Positions 23,073-33,826 of a stretch of DNA of 64,000 nucleotides are shown piece after piece. The stretch is from Candidatus Latescibacterota bacterium (GTDB taxonomy: Bacteria; Latescibacterota; UBA2968; UBA8231). Within the stretch, counting starts at the first letter, position 1. Each line of letters opens with the position of its first letter. The stretch spans positions 3,392,001-3,456,000 of the forward strand of contig OZ242318.1 of assembly GCA_965208105.1 (NCBI GenBank), given 5' to 3'. Made by a program: the position numbers and the translations under genes. Below the pieces are notes generated by a model that was given only the letters and a program-made list of their open reading frames with translations, made no database searches and was not told where the DNA came from.

Positions 23073-23945
23073 TCAGTAAGCCGGAGATTCCTCGACCAGG
23101 GACAGCAGCGCCTCGTAGCGGGCGGGGTGGCGTAGCTTGCTCAGGGCGCGCTCCTTGAGCTGGCGCACGCGCTCCCGGGTCAGGCTCATCATGCCGCCTA
23201 TCCGCTCCAGGGTGAGAGCTTCGTGGCCATCGAGCCCGAAGTAGAGACGGATGATGCGCAGCTCGCGCTCGTCCAGATTGACCAGCACACTCTCCAGCTG
23301 AGCCCGGGCCGAATCGCCGAGCACCTCTGTTTCCGGCGAAGCCTGATGAGGGTCGGACAGGATGTTGAGCAGGCTGCGCTCGTCGTCTTCGGTGAAGGCC
23401 TCGTCCAGCGAGCGCACCGTGCGCGCGCTCAGCAGGGTCTCCCGCACCTCCTCGGCCGACACGTCCAACTCCTGGGCGATCTCCTCCACGTCGGGCTCGC
23501 TTTCGCGTCCCTGGCCCAGCCGCCGCGCGGTTTTGGAGATGTCCTTGAGCAGGCTCACCTTGTTCATGGGCAGGCGCACGGTGCGGGCGTGCTCGGCGAT
23601 GCTCTGGAGGATGGATTGCTTGATCCACCATACGGCGTAGGAGATGAACTTGTAGCCCTTGGTGCCGTCGAAGCGCTCGGCGGCGGTGAGCAGGCCCACG
23701 TTGCCGGCGCTGATCAGGTCGGCCAGCGAGAGGCCGCGGTTCTGGTAGTTTTTGGCCACGTCGATGACGAATCGCAGGTTGGCCTGGACGAGTTCGTCGC
23801 GGGCGTCCCTGTGGCCCTCCTGGATGCGGGCGGAAAGTTCGACTTCGCGCTCGCGCGACAGCGGCCTCGAGTCGGCGATGTCGTCGAAGTAGAGACGCAA
23901 AGTGCTTTCCTCATCATTGAGGGCTTCCTGGATGACGTACCCCAT
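23073..23945 (-). CDS. Alternative sigma70 factor (RpoD/RpoS/RpoH-like, no region 1.1)
   Basis: ANLRFVI, DLISAGNVGL, KFISYAVWWIKQSI, LTRERVRQL. Confidence 0.93.
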   Translation of the reverse strand: MGYVIQEALNDEESTLRLYFDDIADSRPLSREREVELSARIQEGHRDARDELVQANLRFVIDVAKNYQNRGLSLADLISAGNVGLLTAAERFDGTKGYKFISYAVWWIKQSILQSIAEHARTVRLPMNKVSLLKDISKTARRLGQGRESEPDVEEIAQELDVSAEEVRETLLSARTVRSLDEAFTEDDERSLLNILSDPHQASPETEVLGDSARAQLESVLVNLDERELRIIRLYFGLDGHEALTLERIGGMMSLTRERVRQLKERALSKLRHPARYEALLSLVEESPAY

Positions 23946-24586
23946 TTCGTTTCCTGCTTTCGTTTGAATTTTTATCCGCTGCTGCTAACCGGCGAAGCCT
24001 GTATCAGCCTCGGGCAGGGGAAACCGGAAAAGCGCGCTGGAATCCCGCCTCGCCGCAAAGGTCAGCCGAAGCATCCGGAGCAGGGATTCGATTCCCCTGA
24101 ACATTCTCTCACAACTGCCGGAGGCAATCGACAGGAGTGAAGACAAAGTGCAAAAGTTGCATCAAGATCGGCAGCGCCGGAGGCTTGCCCGCTGGTGCCA
24201 GGCAGCATCCGATGATTGTACCGGGGCGATTGGAAATCCAATCCAGCCGGATCCGCTGGCCTGCCCCGGGCATTCATGCGGCATCAGGCTCAGGAGCGCC
24301 TTGAAACCAGGCGCCGCGGGAACCTGCTACCTCCAGCCGCCTGCTGCAGTAAAAATATTTTGACCATGATCCACTGGCGGATAAAAGTTCGAGAAAGTGC
24401 ATAAATTGCACAGGCTCCTCAACCTTACCCTGCAGCCCGGCGATCTCCATGGGCACTTCTGTCCGGGAACTGCCCGATCAATGGACCTCGATTTCAAAAG
24501 GCCCTTAGAACTCCTCGGGTTATCTTCTAGAACCTTTGACTTCACCCCGGGGTTCCGTGGCCTTCTGCGCCCTCTGCAAAGAATCC

Positions 24587-24602
24587 TGCAAATTCGGTGC
24601 CA
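24587..24602 (-). promoter_or_regulatory. sigma54 -24/-12 promoter
   Basis: TGGCACCGAATTTGCA; AT tract at 24611-24631 and TGCA-N5-TGCA at 24701-24713 upstream. Confidence 0.78.
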
Positions 24603-24791
24603 GAGACCGAATTATTTTTTTAACTTACTTTCTCGCCATAGGTTAGGAACTTGGCAAGCTGTCTCCGGGCGGGCATGGGCGACTCGAGAAAGGCAAATAA
24701 TGCAACATTTGCATGCCCCTCCCAAGTGGCGGAGCAAGCGCGGAAGGCGGATCCGGGTCCGGAGCCGGGGGGAAAGGCCGGTGGATTGGCC

Positions 24792-26150
24792 TCAGTGAAT
24801 CCCGTACTGCTTCAATTTGTACTGGAGGGAGCGCAGACTGATTCCGAGGATGGAAGCGGCGCGGCGCCGGTTGGAGGTGACCCGGTGCAGGGTCTGGCGG
24901 ATGAGTTCGGCCTCCGCTTCCCTGACCGAGGTCCCCAGTTTGAGGGTGAACTGGCCGAGAGCCTGGTCAGTTGCGGCAAGGATGCCGGGAAGGTGCTCGG
25001 GTCTGATGGTTTTGCTCGGGCAGGTGACCACCAGGCGCTGGATCAAGTTGCGGAGCTCACGCACGTTGCCCGGCCAGGAGTGGTGGAGAAAATGCGCCAT
25101 GCTCTCAGGAGCCACCTGCTTGAGGGCCTGGCCATGGGCTCGACATGACTCCTCGAGGAAGATCTCCACCAGCACGGGGATGTCTTCATGGCGCTTGCGC
25201 AGAGGGGGAATGTCGAGGGGCACCACGTTGAATCGGTAGTAGAGATCTTCGCGGAAGTTGCCCCGGTCCACGTCCGTTTCCAGGTCGCGGTTGGTCGCGG
25301 CGATAAAGCGGACATCGGCACGGTGGAGATGGGAGTCGCCGACGGGCTGATATTCGGAGTTCTCGAGGGCCCGCAACAACTCGACCTGGTTCTTCAGGGG
25401 CACCTCGCCGATTTCGTCGAGAAAGAGGGTGCCGCCTTCGGCCAGGGCGAATCTTCCGGGCTTGTCGGTGAGAGCTCCGGTGAAGGCGCCGCGGACATGC
25501 CCGAAGAGCTCGCTGGCGAAAAGCTCTTGGGGGAAGCCTCCGCAATTCACCGCCACGAAGGGGCCGTCCCGTCTCCTGCTGCGCTCGTGAATTGCGCGGG
25601 CGATCAAATCCTTGCCCACCCCGGTCTCGCCGCGCAGGAACACGGGGACGTCGGACATGGCCACCTGCTTGATGGTTGTCGCCGCAGCCTGCATTGCCGG
25701 GCTGTGCCGCACGATTTTGCGAAAACTGTCCCGGTTCTCCAGGCGGCTTTGCAGCTGGCGGTTGGCGGCGACCAACTCGAGGCGGCCCAGGGCGCGCTCG
25801 ACCAACAGGCCCAGGTGGGAGAGATCCAGGGGCTTGGCTATGAAGTCGTAGGCACCTTTCTTCATGGCCTCCACGGCGGTGGAGATATTGCCGTCCTTGG
25901 TCAGGACGATTATGTGAGTATCGGGATCGGAGTTGCGGATCTCTTCGAGCAGCTCCATGCCCCCGGGACCGGGAAGGCCGAGGTCCATGACCACCAGATC
26001 GTAGGATTTCTCCCGGATCATCCTGCGGGTTTGATGCCCGTCCGCGGCCATCTCCGCCTTGAGCTTGGTTTTGTGCAGGGCTTTCCTCAGTCCATTGCGG
26101 ATAAAGGCCTCGTCGTCGGCTATGAGAATTTGAACTTTGCGCTTTGTCAT
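24792..26150 (-). CDS. NtrC-family sigma54-dependent response regulator
   Basis: REC (ADDE, MDLGLP, FIAKP), GETGVGKD, SELFGHVRGAFTGA, HTH; no kinase gene nearby. Confidence 0.93.
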   Translation of the reverse strand: MTKRKVQILIADDEAFIRNGLRKALHKTKLKAEMAADGHQTRRMIREKSYDLVVMDLGLPGPGGMELLEEIRNSDPDTHIIVLTKDGNISTAVEAMKKGAYDFIAKPLDLSHLGLLVERALGRLELVAANRQLQSRLENRDSFRKIVRHSPAMQAAATTIKQVAMSDVPVFLRGETGVGKDLIARAIHERSRRRDGPFVAVNCGGFPQELFASELFGHVRGAFTGALTDKPGRFALAEGGTLFLDEIGEVPLKNQVELLRALENSEYQPVGDSHLHRADVRFIAATNRDLETDVDRGNFREDLYYRFNVVPLDIPPLRKRHEDIPVLVEIFLEESCRAHGQALKQVAPESMAHFLHHSWPGNVRELRNLIQRLVVTCPSKTIRPEHLPGILAATDQALGQFTLKLGTSVREAEAELIRQTLHRVTSNRRRAASILGISLRSLQYKLKQYGIH

Positions 26151-26176
26151 GCCTGGCAGATCTTTGAAGGATTCGT

Positions 26177-26908
26177 ATGAATGACGCAGATCGGATAGAG
26201 GAACGCAAGCGGCGGATCCGGGAGATGTTCAATGCCATTGCCGGCCGCTACGACTTGTTGAACCACCTGCTCAGCGGAGGCGTGGACATTTACTGGCGCC
26301 GCCGGGCATTGAACGAGGTGCGGCATCCCCGGCCGCGGCAGGTTCTGGATCTGGCGACCGGAACGGGTGATTTCGCTCTTGCGGCGAGCAGACTGCGTCC
26401 GCGCCGGGTTTTTGGAGTGGACGTTTCCATGAGCATGCTGCGGCTTGGCGCGGCAAAGGTCGGCAGGCGACCGCAGGCGGGGTCCGTATTCCTGCTGGCC
26501 GGGGACGCCGAAGAGCTGCCTTTCGCCGGGAACAGCTTCGACCTGGTAATGGGTGCATTCGGCGTTCGAAATTTCGGTCATATTCCCACTGGCATGAAGG
26601 AGGCCTGGAGGGTGCTCAGACCGGGAGGAGAGATCCTGGTCCTGGATTTTTCAGAGCCGGCACTTCCCCTGTTCAAACAGGCCTATCGCTTTTATTTCAA
26701 GCGGGTCCTGCCTCTTTTAGGGGGGCTCGTTTCAGGGAACCGCCGGGCCTATTCCTACTTGCCGCAATCGGTAGATACTTTTCCCCAGGGGTGGGCGTTC
26801 GAGAAACTGCTCGAAGGGGCCGGATTCGTCGAGACCAGGACGACGCCTTTGACCCTTGGAATCTCTGCCGTTTACCAGGGCAGGAAGCCCGGGAAGCCGG
26901 TTGACTAA
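26177..26908 (+). CDS. menG: Demethylmenaquinone methyltransferase (MenG/UbiE)
   Basis: YDLLNHLLS, LDLATGTGD, FGVRN, AYSYLPQS. Confidence 0.93.
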   Translation: MNDADRIEERKRRIREMFNAIAGRYDLLNHLLSGGVDIYWRRRALNEVRHPRPRQVLDLATGTGDFALAASRLRPRRVFGVDVSMSMLRLGAAKVGRRPQAGSVFLLAGDAEELPFAGNSFDLVMGAFGVRNFGHIPTGMKEAWRVLRPGGEILVLDFSEPALPLFKQAYRFYFKRVLPLLGGLVSGNRRAYSYLPQSVDTFPQGWAFEKLLEGAGFVETRTTPLTLGISAVYQGRKPGKPVD

Positions 26909-26965
26909 TGTGAGGCCGGTAGGTATTATGTGGTCGCGTTTCCAGGGGGAATACGGAGCCTATTC

Positions 26966-28093
26966 GTGCTATTCGAAGAACAGATCGACAGGGCTGGACT
27001 GGCCGAAGTGCACCGCACCATACGGGAGGGCGGACGTCTCAGCATGGATCAGGGGATGCAGCTCTACGCCTGCGACCAACTGCCGGTGCTGGGATACCTC
27101 GCCAATATGGTGCGCGAGCGGTTCAATGGAAATATGACCTACTACGTCCGCAACCAGCACATCAACTACACCAATATCTGCAACAAGCTTTGCAGGTTCT
27201 GTTCCTTCTACGTGAAGCCCAAGGATGAGCGCGGCTACGTTCTCTCCCCGGAACAGATTCAGGACCGTCTGGCCGAGTACTGCGACCTCCCCATAACCGA
27301 GATCCACATGGTGGGCGGCGTCAATCCCAGGCTGCCGTACGAGTATTACCTCGATGTCCTGCGCGCGATGAAGGAAGCCCGTCCCGATGCGCATCTGAAG
27401 GCGTTCACCATGATCGAGTTGGCCCAGATTCAGCGCATTGCCAAAAAACCCCTGGAAGAGGTGCTGGAGGACCTGAAGGAAGCCGGACTAGAAAGCCTCC
27501 CCGGCGGCGGAGCCGAGGTGTTCAGCGCGCGGGTGCAGGGCGATCTGTTCTGGACCAAGAGCGACTCGGAGGAATGGCTGCGAACCGCGGCGGCAGCCCA
27601 CCGGGCCAAGTTGCCCACCAATGCCACCATGCTGTACGGCCACATCGAGAACACCGAGGAAAAGGTCTATCACCTGGTCCGCCTGCGCGAGGTGCAGGAT
27701 GAGACTGGTGGATTTTTGGCCTACATCCCACTCTCCTTTCATCCGGAACGCACCGAGCTGGAGGATTTGCCCGGACCCACGGGCGCGCTCGACCTCAAGG
27801 AGATCGCCGTCGGGCGTCTGATGCTGGACAATTTTCCTCACGTCAAGACCTTCTGGATCATGAACACCATCGAGATCTCCCAGACGGCGCTCTGGTACGG
27901 GGCAGACGATATCGACGGCACGATCATGGACTACGAAATCACGCGGCGCAGCTACGAGGAGACCCGGCAGCGCCTGACTCAGGCGGAGCTGCTCGAGCGC
28001 ATCGTCGAAGCCGGACGGGTTCCGGTGGAACGGGACAGCCTGTACAATCTGGTTGCCGGCGGTCCCGGGTTGCCCCGGGCCGTTGCGGGCTGA
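26966..28093 (+). CDS. mqnE: Aminofutalosine synthase (radical SAM)
   Basis: CNKLCRFC, EIHMVGG, PGGGAE, LMLDNFPHVKTFW; GTG start after GGAG. Confidence 0.9.
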   Translation: MLFEEQIDRAGLAEVHRTIREGGRLSMDQGMQLYACDQLPVLGYLANMVRERFNGNMTYYVRNQHINYTNICNKLCRFCSFYVKPKDERGYVLSPEQIQDRLAEYCDLPITEIHMVGGVNPRLPYEYYLDVLRAMKEARPDAHLKAFTMIELAQIQRIAKKPLEEVLEDLKEAGLESLPGGGAEVFSARVQGDLFWTKSDSEEWLRTAAAAHRAKLPTNATMLYGHIENTEEKVYHLVRLREVQDETGGFLAYIPLSFHPERTELEDLPGPTGALDLKEIAVGRLMLDNFPHVKTFWIMNTIEISQTALWYGADDIDGTIMDYEITRRSYEETRQRLTQAELLERIVEAGRVPVERDSLYNLVAGGPGLPRAVAG

Positions 28094-28104
28094 AGAAGGA
28101 AGAA

Positions 28105-29247
28105 ATGATCGAGGATATTGCCGATAAGATTTACCGCGGAGAACGTCTCGAACTGGACGACGCGCGCCGCCTCTACCACCACCCCAATCTCGCCGAGCTG
28201 GGGATGATGGCCAGTTGGGTGCGCCGGAGCAGGCATCCGGAGCCATTGGTCACCTACAATGTGGGACGCAACATCAACTACACCAACGTATGCTGGGTCA
28301 GGTGCGACTTCTGCGCCTTTTACCGTCCCCCCGGGTCGGAGGAGGGATATGTGCTTTCCCATGAGGAAATCTTCGCCAAGATCGACGAACTCGTCCTGTT
28401 CGGAGGCGACGAGCCGAAGTCGTGCGAGATCCTCATGCAGGGGGGACTGAATCCGAAGCTGCGGCTGGAGTACTACGAGGAACTGCTGAAGGCCATCAGC
28501 ACGCGCTATCCCATGGTCCAGTTGCACTGCCTGTCGGCCACCGAGATCATCTACATCGCCCATATTTCGCGGCTTCCGCTGGAGGAGACCGTCCGGCGCC
28601 TGGCCGCGGCGGGCCTCGACTCCATCCCCGGAGCCGGGGCGGAGATCCTCGACGACGAGGTGCGGGATATCATCGGTTTCCGCAAGGACCGCAGCGACGA
28701 GTGGCTGCAAGTTCACCGCGTCGCCCACGGGCTGGGCATGCGCACCACCGCCACAATGATGTACGGGCATGTGGAGTCGGTTGACCAGCGTTTGGGACAC
28801 CTGCAGCGCCTGCGCGATCTCCAGGACGAAACCGGAGGTTTCCGCGCCTTCATCACCTGGAGTTTTCAACCCGACGAGACCGCCCTGGCCGCGGACAAAG
28901 ACCGCTGGAACGGCCTGAAAGCCACCGGCTACGACCACCTGCGGACGGTTGCCGTCAGCCGCCTCTTTCTCGACAATGTCGACAATATCCAGGCTTCCTG
29001 GGTCACCCAGGGCCCCAAGATCGCCCAGGTCAGTCTGCATTACGGGGTCAATGACTTCGGCAGCACCATGCTCGAAGAGAACGTGGTGAGCGCCGCCGGC
29101 ACAAGCCACACCAACGAGATGGATCTCGAAGCCATGGAGCGGCTCATCCGCGGCGCAGGTTACGAGCCTCGCCGCCGCAATACCCGCTATGAATTCGTCT
29201 CCACCTCTCCGCGCCCGGAGGCGCTGAGAAAGGCGGCCCTTGCGTGA
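28105..29247 (+). CDS. mqnC: Cyclic dehypoxanthine futalosine synthase (radical SAM)
   Basis: RNINYTNVCWVRCDFCAFYR, QASWVTQG, DFGSTMLEENVV. Confidence 0.92.
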   Translation: MIEDIADKIYRGERLELDDARRLYHHPNLAELGMMASWVRRSRHPEPLVTYNVGRNINYTNVCWVRCDFCAFYRPPGSEEGYVLSHEEIFAKIDELVLFGGDEPKSCEILMQGGLNPKLRLEYYEELLKAISTRYPMVQLHCLSATEIIYIAHISRLPLEETVRRLAAAGLDSIPGAGAEILDDEVRDIIGFRKDRSDEWLQVHRVAHGLGMRTTATMMYGHVESVDQRLGHLQRLRDLQDETGGFRAFITWSFQPDETALAADKDRWNGLKATGYDHLRTVAVSRLFLDNVDNIQASWVTQGPKIAQVSLHYGVNDFGSTMLEENVVSAAGTSHTNEMDLEAMERLIRGAGYEPRRRNTRYEFVSTSPRPEALRKAALA

Positions 29248-30047
29248 GCGTCCGCCTGCGGGCGGTGTCGTATTTGAACTCGCGTCCGCTGACTATTTCC
29301 CTCGAAAACAATCCGGCCTTCGAGTTGAGCTATTCCGTGCCCTCGGTTTGCGCCGCCGATCTTGAGGCCGGACGCGCCGACCTGGGACTGATCCCTTCCA
29401 TCGAATACGCGCGCAGCCGTGAGCCATATTACATTGTCCCGGATGTGGCAATAGTCAGCCGTGGCGAGGTACTGACGGTGCGGCTGTTCTGGCGAGGCGA
29501 TTTGCGCAGGGTGAAGCGCATCGCCCTGGATACGAGTTCGCGGACCGCGGCGGCCCTTCTGCACATACTCCTGCGCGAGAAGTTTCGCCTGGCGCCCGAG
29601 TTTGCGGAAGCAGGGCCTGCACTCGAGACCATGCTCGAGAGCGCAGACGCGGCGCTGCTCATCGGCGACCCCGTATTTCAGTTCATCGACACCGACCTGG
29701 ACTGCATGGACCTCGGGCAGGTCTGGACCGAATTTTCGGGGCTGCCTTTCGTATTCGCTTTTTGGGCAGGCCGGAGAGGGGTTGTGAATCCCGGGCAGGT
29801 CGTGGCATTGAAGGAAGCCAGACTCGCCGGGGAGGAGCAGGCAGCGGCGATCGCCCGCAAGTACAGCCGGGACTCCGCAAGATCTGCCGGGTTCTACGAG
29901 CGCTATCTCACCGGCAACATCTCCTTCGATTTCGGGGAAGCCGAAATCGAAGGGTTGTACGCGTTCTACCGCCTGGCACAGCGGCACGGCCTGATCGAGG
30001 CAGTGCCGGCACTCAGATTTTACGAGAGCGACGAGGTCCGTGCATAG
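29244..30047 (+). CDS. mqnA: Chorismate dehydratase
   Basis: VSYLNSRPL, SSRT, ALLIGD, LPFVFAFW. Confidence 0.9.
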   Translation: MSVRLRAVSYLNSRPLTISLENNPAFELSYSVPSVCAADLEAGRADLGLIPSIEYARSREPYYIVPDVAIVSRGEVLTVRLFWRGDLRRVKRIALDTSSRTAAALLHILLREKFRLAPEFAEAGPALETMLESADAALLIGDPVFQFIDTDLDCMDLGQVWTEFSGLPFVFAFWAGRRGVVNPGQVVALKEARLAGEEQAAAIARKYSRDSARSAGFYERYLTGNISFDFGEAEIEGLYAFYRLAQRHGLIEAVPALRFYESDEVRA

Positions 30048-30944
30048 ATGATGAACCCACTGAGCGCGATCGCCGTCTACGGGCGCATGATCAAGTTTTC
30101 GCACAGCATCTTTGCCTTGCCCTTCGCCCTCAGCGGTGCCGCCCTGGCTGCTGCCCAGGTCGGGATCCGGCTCGATCAGCTGGGTTGGATCATCGCGGCC
30201 ATGGTCGGTGCGCGCAGCGCGGCGATGGGATTCAACCGATTGGTAGACCGGGGTATCGACGCGGAAAATCCGCGCACCCGGAACAGGGAACTGCCCCGAG
30301 GGGTTGTTTCCCCTCCGGCCGTGGCGGTATTTGTCCTGCTTTCGGGGGGAGTCCTGATCTGGGCGGCCCGGGAGCTCAATCCCCTCTGCTTTTACCTGTC
30401 GCCTCTGGTCCTGGCGGTCCTCCTCCTGTATTCCTACACCAAGCGTTTCACCTGGGCTTCCCATCTGGTTCTGGGCTTGTGTCTGGGGGGGGCGCCCGTG
30501 GGCGCCTGGATTGCCGTTACGGGTGGCTTCGGGCTTGCTCCCTTCCTGCTCGGCCTGGCCGTACTTTCCTGGGTTGCCGGGTTCGACGTAATCTATGCCT
30601 GCATGGACCGCGACTTCGATCTGCGCTCTGGTCTGCACTCGATTCCGGTGCGGTTCGGCATTGCCCCCGCCCTGCGGATTGCGCGCTTTCTTCACGTCCT
30701 CGCCACCCTGTTTCTGGTGGCCGTGGGGCTGGTGGCACAGTTGCACGCGCTCTACTTTTTCGGCATCGCGGTCATCGCCGGACTTCTCGTGTATGAGCAT
30801 CGCCTGGTGAGCCCCCGGGACATGTCCCGGGTGGGAATGGCCTTTCTCACCATGAACAGCACAGTCAGTACCGTCTACCTTGCCTTCACCCTGGCGGACC
30901 TGGTGATACTGGGCGACCCATGGACTCTCTTACAACTCGATTGA
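30048..30944 (+). CDS. UbiA-like prenyltransferase (MqnP-type)
   Basis: [41 protein letters not shown]. Confidence 0.92.
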   Translation: MMNPLSAIAVYGRMIKFSHSIFALPFALSGAALAAAQVGIRLDQLGWIIAAMVGARSAAMGFNRLVDRGIDAENPRTRNRELPRGVVSPPAVAVFVLLSGGVLIWAARELNPLCFYLSPLVLAVLLLYSYTKRFTWASHLVLGLCLGGAPVGAWIAVTGGFGLAPFLLGLAVLSWVAGFDVIYACMDRDFDLRSGLHSIPVRFGIAPALRIARFLHVLATLFLVAVGLVAQLHALYFFGIAVIAGLLVYEHRLVSPRDMSRVGMAFLTMNSTVSTVYLAFTLADLVILGDPWTLLQLD

Positions 30945-30975
30945 ACTGAAACAAATCCGAGGGAATGCCGGAGAA

Positions 30976-32991
30976 ATGAGCAAAGACAGCGATCGCCGGG
31001 GAGGGTTTGGCCCGATCCTCGACTCTGAAGACGAGTCCATCTTTTCGACTCGCACCAAAGCCCCGGGTCCCCAGGGGAAATTGCCGTTGCAGGCCGAAGA
31101 GGTCGTCAACTCGCCCAGCGGCCATATCTTTGCGTACAGCCAGAACGCCGGCATGGGCTGGAATCCTTCCGAGCTTGGCCGCAGGGAATTCCTGATCCTC
31201 AGTACCCTGGGCGGCCTGCGGGCAGCGGATGGCCGGCCTATCGCCCTGGGCTATCACACGGGCCACTGGGAGGTAGGCCTGCTCGTGGAAGCGGCAGCCG
31301 AGGAGATCCACCGCAGGGGCGGGATTCCCTATGCCGGGTATTGCTCCGATCCCTGCGACGGGCGCACCCAGGGGACGGCCGGCATGTTCGACAGCCTGCC
31401 CTACCGCAACGATGCGGCCACGGTACTGCGTCGCCTCGTCCGCTCCTTGCCGACTCGCAAGGGCGTCATGGGGGTGGGCACATGCGACAAGGGGCTTCCA
31501 GCCGTGATGATCGCCCTGGCCGGGATGCGTGAACTCCCCGTGATCGTGGTGCCCGGCGGAGTTACCCTCCCCCCGGAGCATGGAGAGGATGCGGGCAAGA
31601 TTCAATCCGTGGGCATGCGCCTTGCCCATGGGGAAATGACCCTGGATGAAGTAAACGACCTGGGCTGCCGGGCTTGCGCTACCGCCGGCGGGGGCTGCCA
31701 GTTCCTGGGAACGGCGGCCACTTCCCAGGTTGTGGCCGAGGCCCTGGGGTTGAGCCTTCCCCACTCCGCCCTGGCACCCTCCGGCCAGGCAGTCTGGCTC
31801 GATATGGCGGTTCGGTCCGGACGCGCGCTGATGGAATTGGAGGCTGCAGGCGTTGCTTCCAGCCAGATTTTGACCGATGCCGCGTTTCAAAATGCCATGG
31901 TGGTTCACGCCGCCTTTGGCGGCTCGACCAACCTGGTCCTTCACATTCCGGCGATTGCCCATGCCGCCGGCCGGAGGCGTCCGATGGTGGAGGACTGGGA
32001 CCGGATCAACCGGCAGGTCCCGCGGCTGGTGGACGTCCTGCCCAATGGGCCCCTGTTTCACCCGACTGTCCGGGTCTTTCTTGCCGGCGGGGTCCCCGAG
32101 GTCATGCTCCACCTGCGGCGCATGGGTCTTCTGCAAGAGGACGTGCTTACGGCGAGCGGCCGGACTCTGGGCGCGAACCTCGATTGGTGGGAGCAGTCCG
32201 AGCGGCGGCGGAAGTTCCAGCAAAGGTTGGAGGAACTGGACGGGGTGCCCTGCGAAGAGGTGATCATGGGGCTGGAGCGGGCCCGGCGCAGGGGATTGAC
32301 CAGCACCGTCTGCTTCCCCAGGGGCAACTTGGCTCCCGAGGGTTCGGTAATCAAGAGTACGGCCATCGATCCGACCGTGGTGGATGAGGACGGGATCTAT
32401 CGGCACAGGGGCCCGGCCAGGGTCTTCGCCACCGAACGGGAAGCCATGGCGGCGCTCAAGTCCCGCCAGATCAAAGCCGGAGACGTGATGGTGCTGCTCA
32501 GTTGCGGTCCCCTCGGCACTGGAATGGAGGAAATCGCACAGATCACCATTGCGCTCAAGTACGTGGACTATGGCAAACACGTTGCGGTGCTCACCGACGC
32601 GCGGTTCTCAGGGATTTCCACCGGCGCCTGCATCGGCCACATTGGACCTGAAGCACTGGCCGGAGGTCCCATAGGCAAGGTCGTCGACGGAGACCTCATC
32701 GAGATCGAAATCGACCGCGGCCGCTTGCGGGGCCGCATTGACCTTGTCGGGCATGGGGACGAAGTCTTCGGCCCGGCCAAAGGGGAACGCCTGCTCGCCC
32801 GGCGTCACCCGCGTTCCGACCTGGCGCCCGAAGAGCTGCTTCCGGACGACACCCGGCTCTGGGCGGCCCTGCAGAATGTCGGCGGCGGAACCTGGGGCGG
32901 GTGCGTTTATGATGTGGATGCGATCATCGAAACCCTGGAGGCCGGGCGCAAAGCCCTCGCCCCGCCGCAGGTCGACGGAGAGGCTTCATGA
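30976..32991 (+). CDS. YjhG/YagF family D-xylonate dehydratase (IlvD/Edd family)
   Basis: [46 protein letters not shown]. Confidence 0.9.
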   Translation: MSKDSDRRGGFGPILDSEDESIFSTRTKAPGPQGKLPLQAEEVVNSPSGHIFAYSQNAGMGWNPSELGRREFLILSTLGGLRAADGRPIALGYHTGHWEVGLLVEAAAEEIHRRGGIPYAGYCSDPCDGRTQGTAGMFDSLPYRNDAATVLRRLVRSLPTRKGVMGVGTCDKGLPAVMIALAGMRELPVIVVPGGVTLPPEHGEDAGKIQSVGMRLAHGEMTLDEVNDLGCRACATAGGGCQFLGTAATSQVVAEALGLSLPHSALAPSGQAVWLDMAVRSGRALMELEAAGVASSQILTDAAFQNAMVVHAAFGGSTNLVLHIPAIAHAAGRRRPMVEDWDRINRQVPRLVDVLPNGPLFHPTVRVFLAGGVPEVMLHLRRMGLLQEDVLTASGRTLGANLDWWEQSERRRKFQQRLEELDGVPCEEVIMGLERARRRGLTSTVCFPRGNLAPEGSVIKSTAIDPTVVDEDGIYRHRGPARVFATEREAMAALKSRQIKAGDVMVLLSCGPLGTGMEEIAQITIALKYVDYGKHVAVLTDARFSGISTGACIGHIGPEALAGGPIGKVVDGDLIEIEIDRGRLRGRIDLVGHGDEVFGPAKGERLLARRHPRSDLAPEELLPDDTRLWAALQNVGGGTWGGCVYDVDAIIETLEAGRKALAPPQVDGEAS

Positions 32992-33602
32992 GTGGCAGAC
33001 AGGTAATCGTCGGCGTGACCGGGGCGAGCGGCGCGCTCTACGCCGGCCGCCTTTTGCGAGCCCTTCTGGTTCTGGGACACACCGTCCACCTGGTGCTTTC
33101 CAGGTACGGGCGGTTTCTGCTGCACGAGGAACTGGAGTTCCGCCCCGACCAGGAGTCGGTACTGCAGTTTCTGGTGCGCCTCTACGGCCGGGAAGTTCAG
33201 CAGGGGGAGTTGCGGGAGTACGGCTTCAACGATCTCGCCTGTACTCTTGCCAGCGGCTCCGTTCCCGTCGACGGCATGGCGGTTGTCCCCTGTTCGGCCA
33301 AGACCCTGTCGGGAATTGCCCGCGGCGCCGCAGGCAACCTGATCGAGCGGGCAGCGGACGTCACCCTGAAGGAGCGCCGTCCCCTCGTTCTCGTTCCCCG
33401 AGAGACACCGCTCAACCTGATCCAGCTGCGCAATCTCGCAACGGTGGCAGAGGCCGGTGGAATCATTGTGCCCGCCATGCCGGCATTCTATCAGAAGCCT
33501 CGAACCTTCGATGATTTGGGAGATTTCATCGCCGGCCGCGTGTGCAACCTTCTAGGGATCGAGCATGACCTCTTCCCGAGTTGGCCAGGATCGAAGGGGT
33601 AG
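32988..33602 (+). CDS. ubiX: Flavin prenyltransferase
   Basis: [33 protein letters not shown]. Confidence 0.94.
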   Translation: MSGRQVIVGVTGASGALYAGRLLRALLVLGHTVHLVLSRYGRFLLHEELEFRPDQESVLQFLVRLYGREVQQGELREYGFNDLACTLASGSVPVDGMAVVPCSAKTLSGIARGAAGNLIERAADVTLKERRPLVLVPRETPLNLIQLRNLATVAEAGGIIVPAMPAFYQKPRTFDDLGDFIAGRVCNLLGIEHDLFPSWPGSKG

Positions 33603-33699
33603 GCGGGAGGGTTTTCGGATTCCGATGGTCCGGGCGGACTCTTCCGAAACGCGCTTTCAGGGTGCCGTCGATTTTTGCTTTCGGTAGATGCCGGGAACG

Positions 33700-33800
33700 G
33701 GCGGGCAGCCCAGGTATGGAAGGGGGATCCGGGGGCTCCATCTGCGTGAGGAGTGGCAGACGGTTAAGGAGGGAGACCTTGCCCCCGGATCCCTTGCTCC
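33700..33800 (-). ncRNA. Putative sigma54-dependent sRNA (3' end uncertain)
   Basis: Predicted +1 at ~33800; 13-bp closing stem with two internal hairpins carrying CU-rich loops; no credible ORF. Confidence 0.55.
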
Positions 33801-33810
33801 CCGTTCCGGA

Positions 33811-33826
33811 TGCAAAGAGGGTGCCA
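33811..33826 (-). promoter_or_regulatory. sigma54 -24/-12 promoter between convergent genes
   Basis: TGGCACCCTCTTTGCA; IHF-like AAACAAGAAGTTA at 33857-33869; palindrome AACCATGT-N6-ACATGGTT at 33903-33924. Confidence 0.78.

Noticed and set aside
24274-24545. Small ORFs (60 and 72 aa) downstream of the sigma54 promoter
   Set aside because: No clear SD and no recognisable motif; not called, though not excluded.
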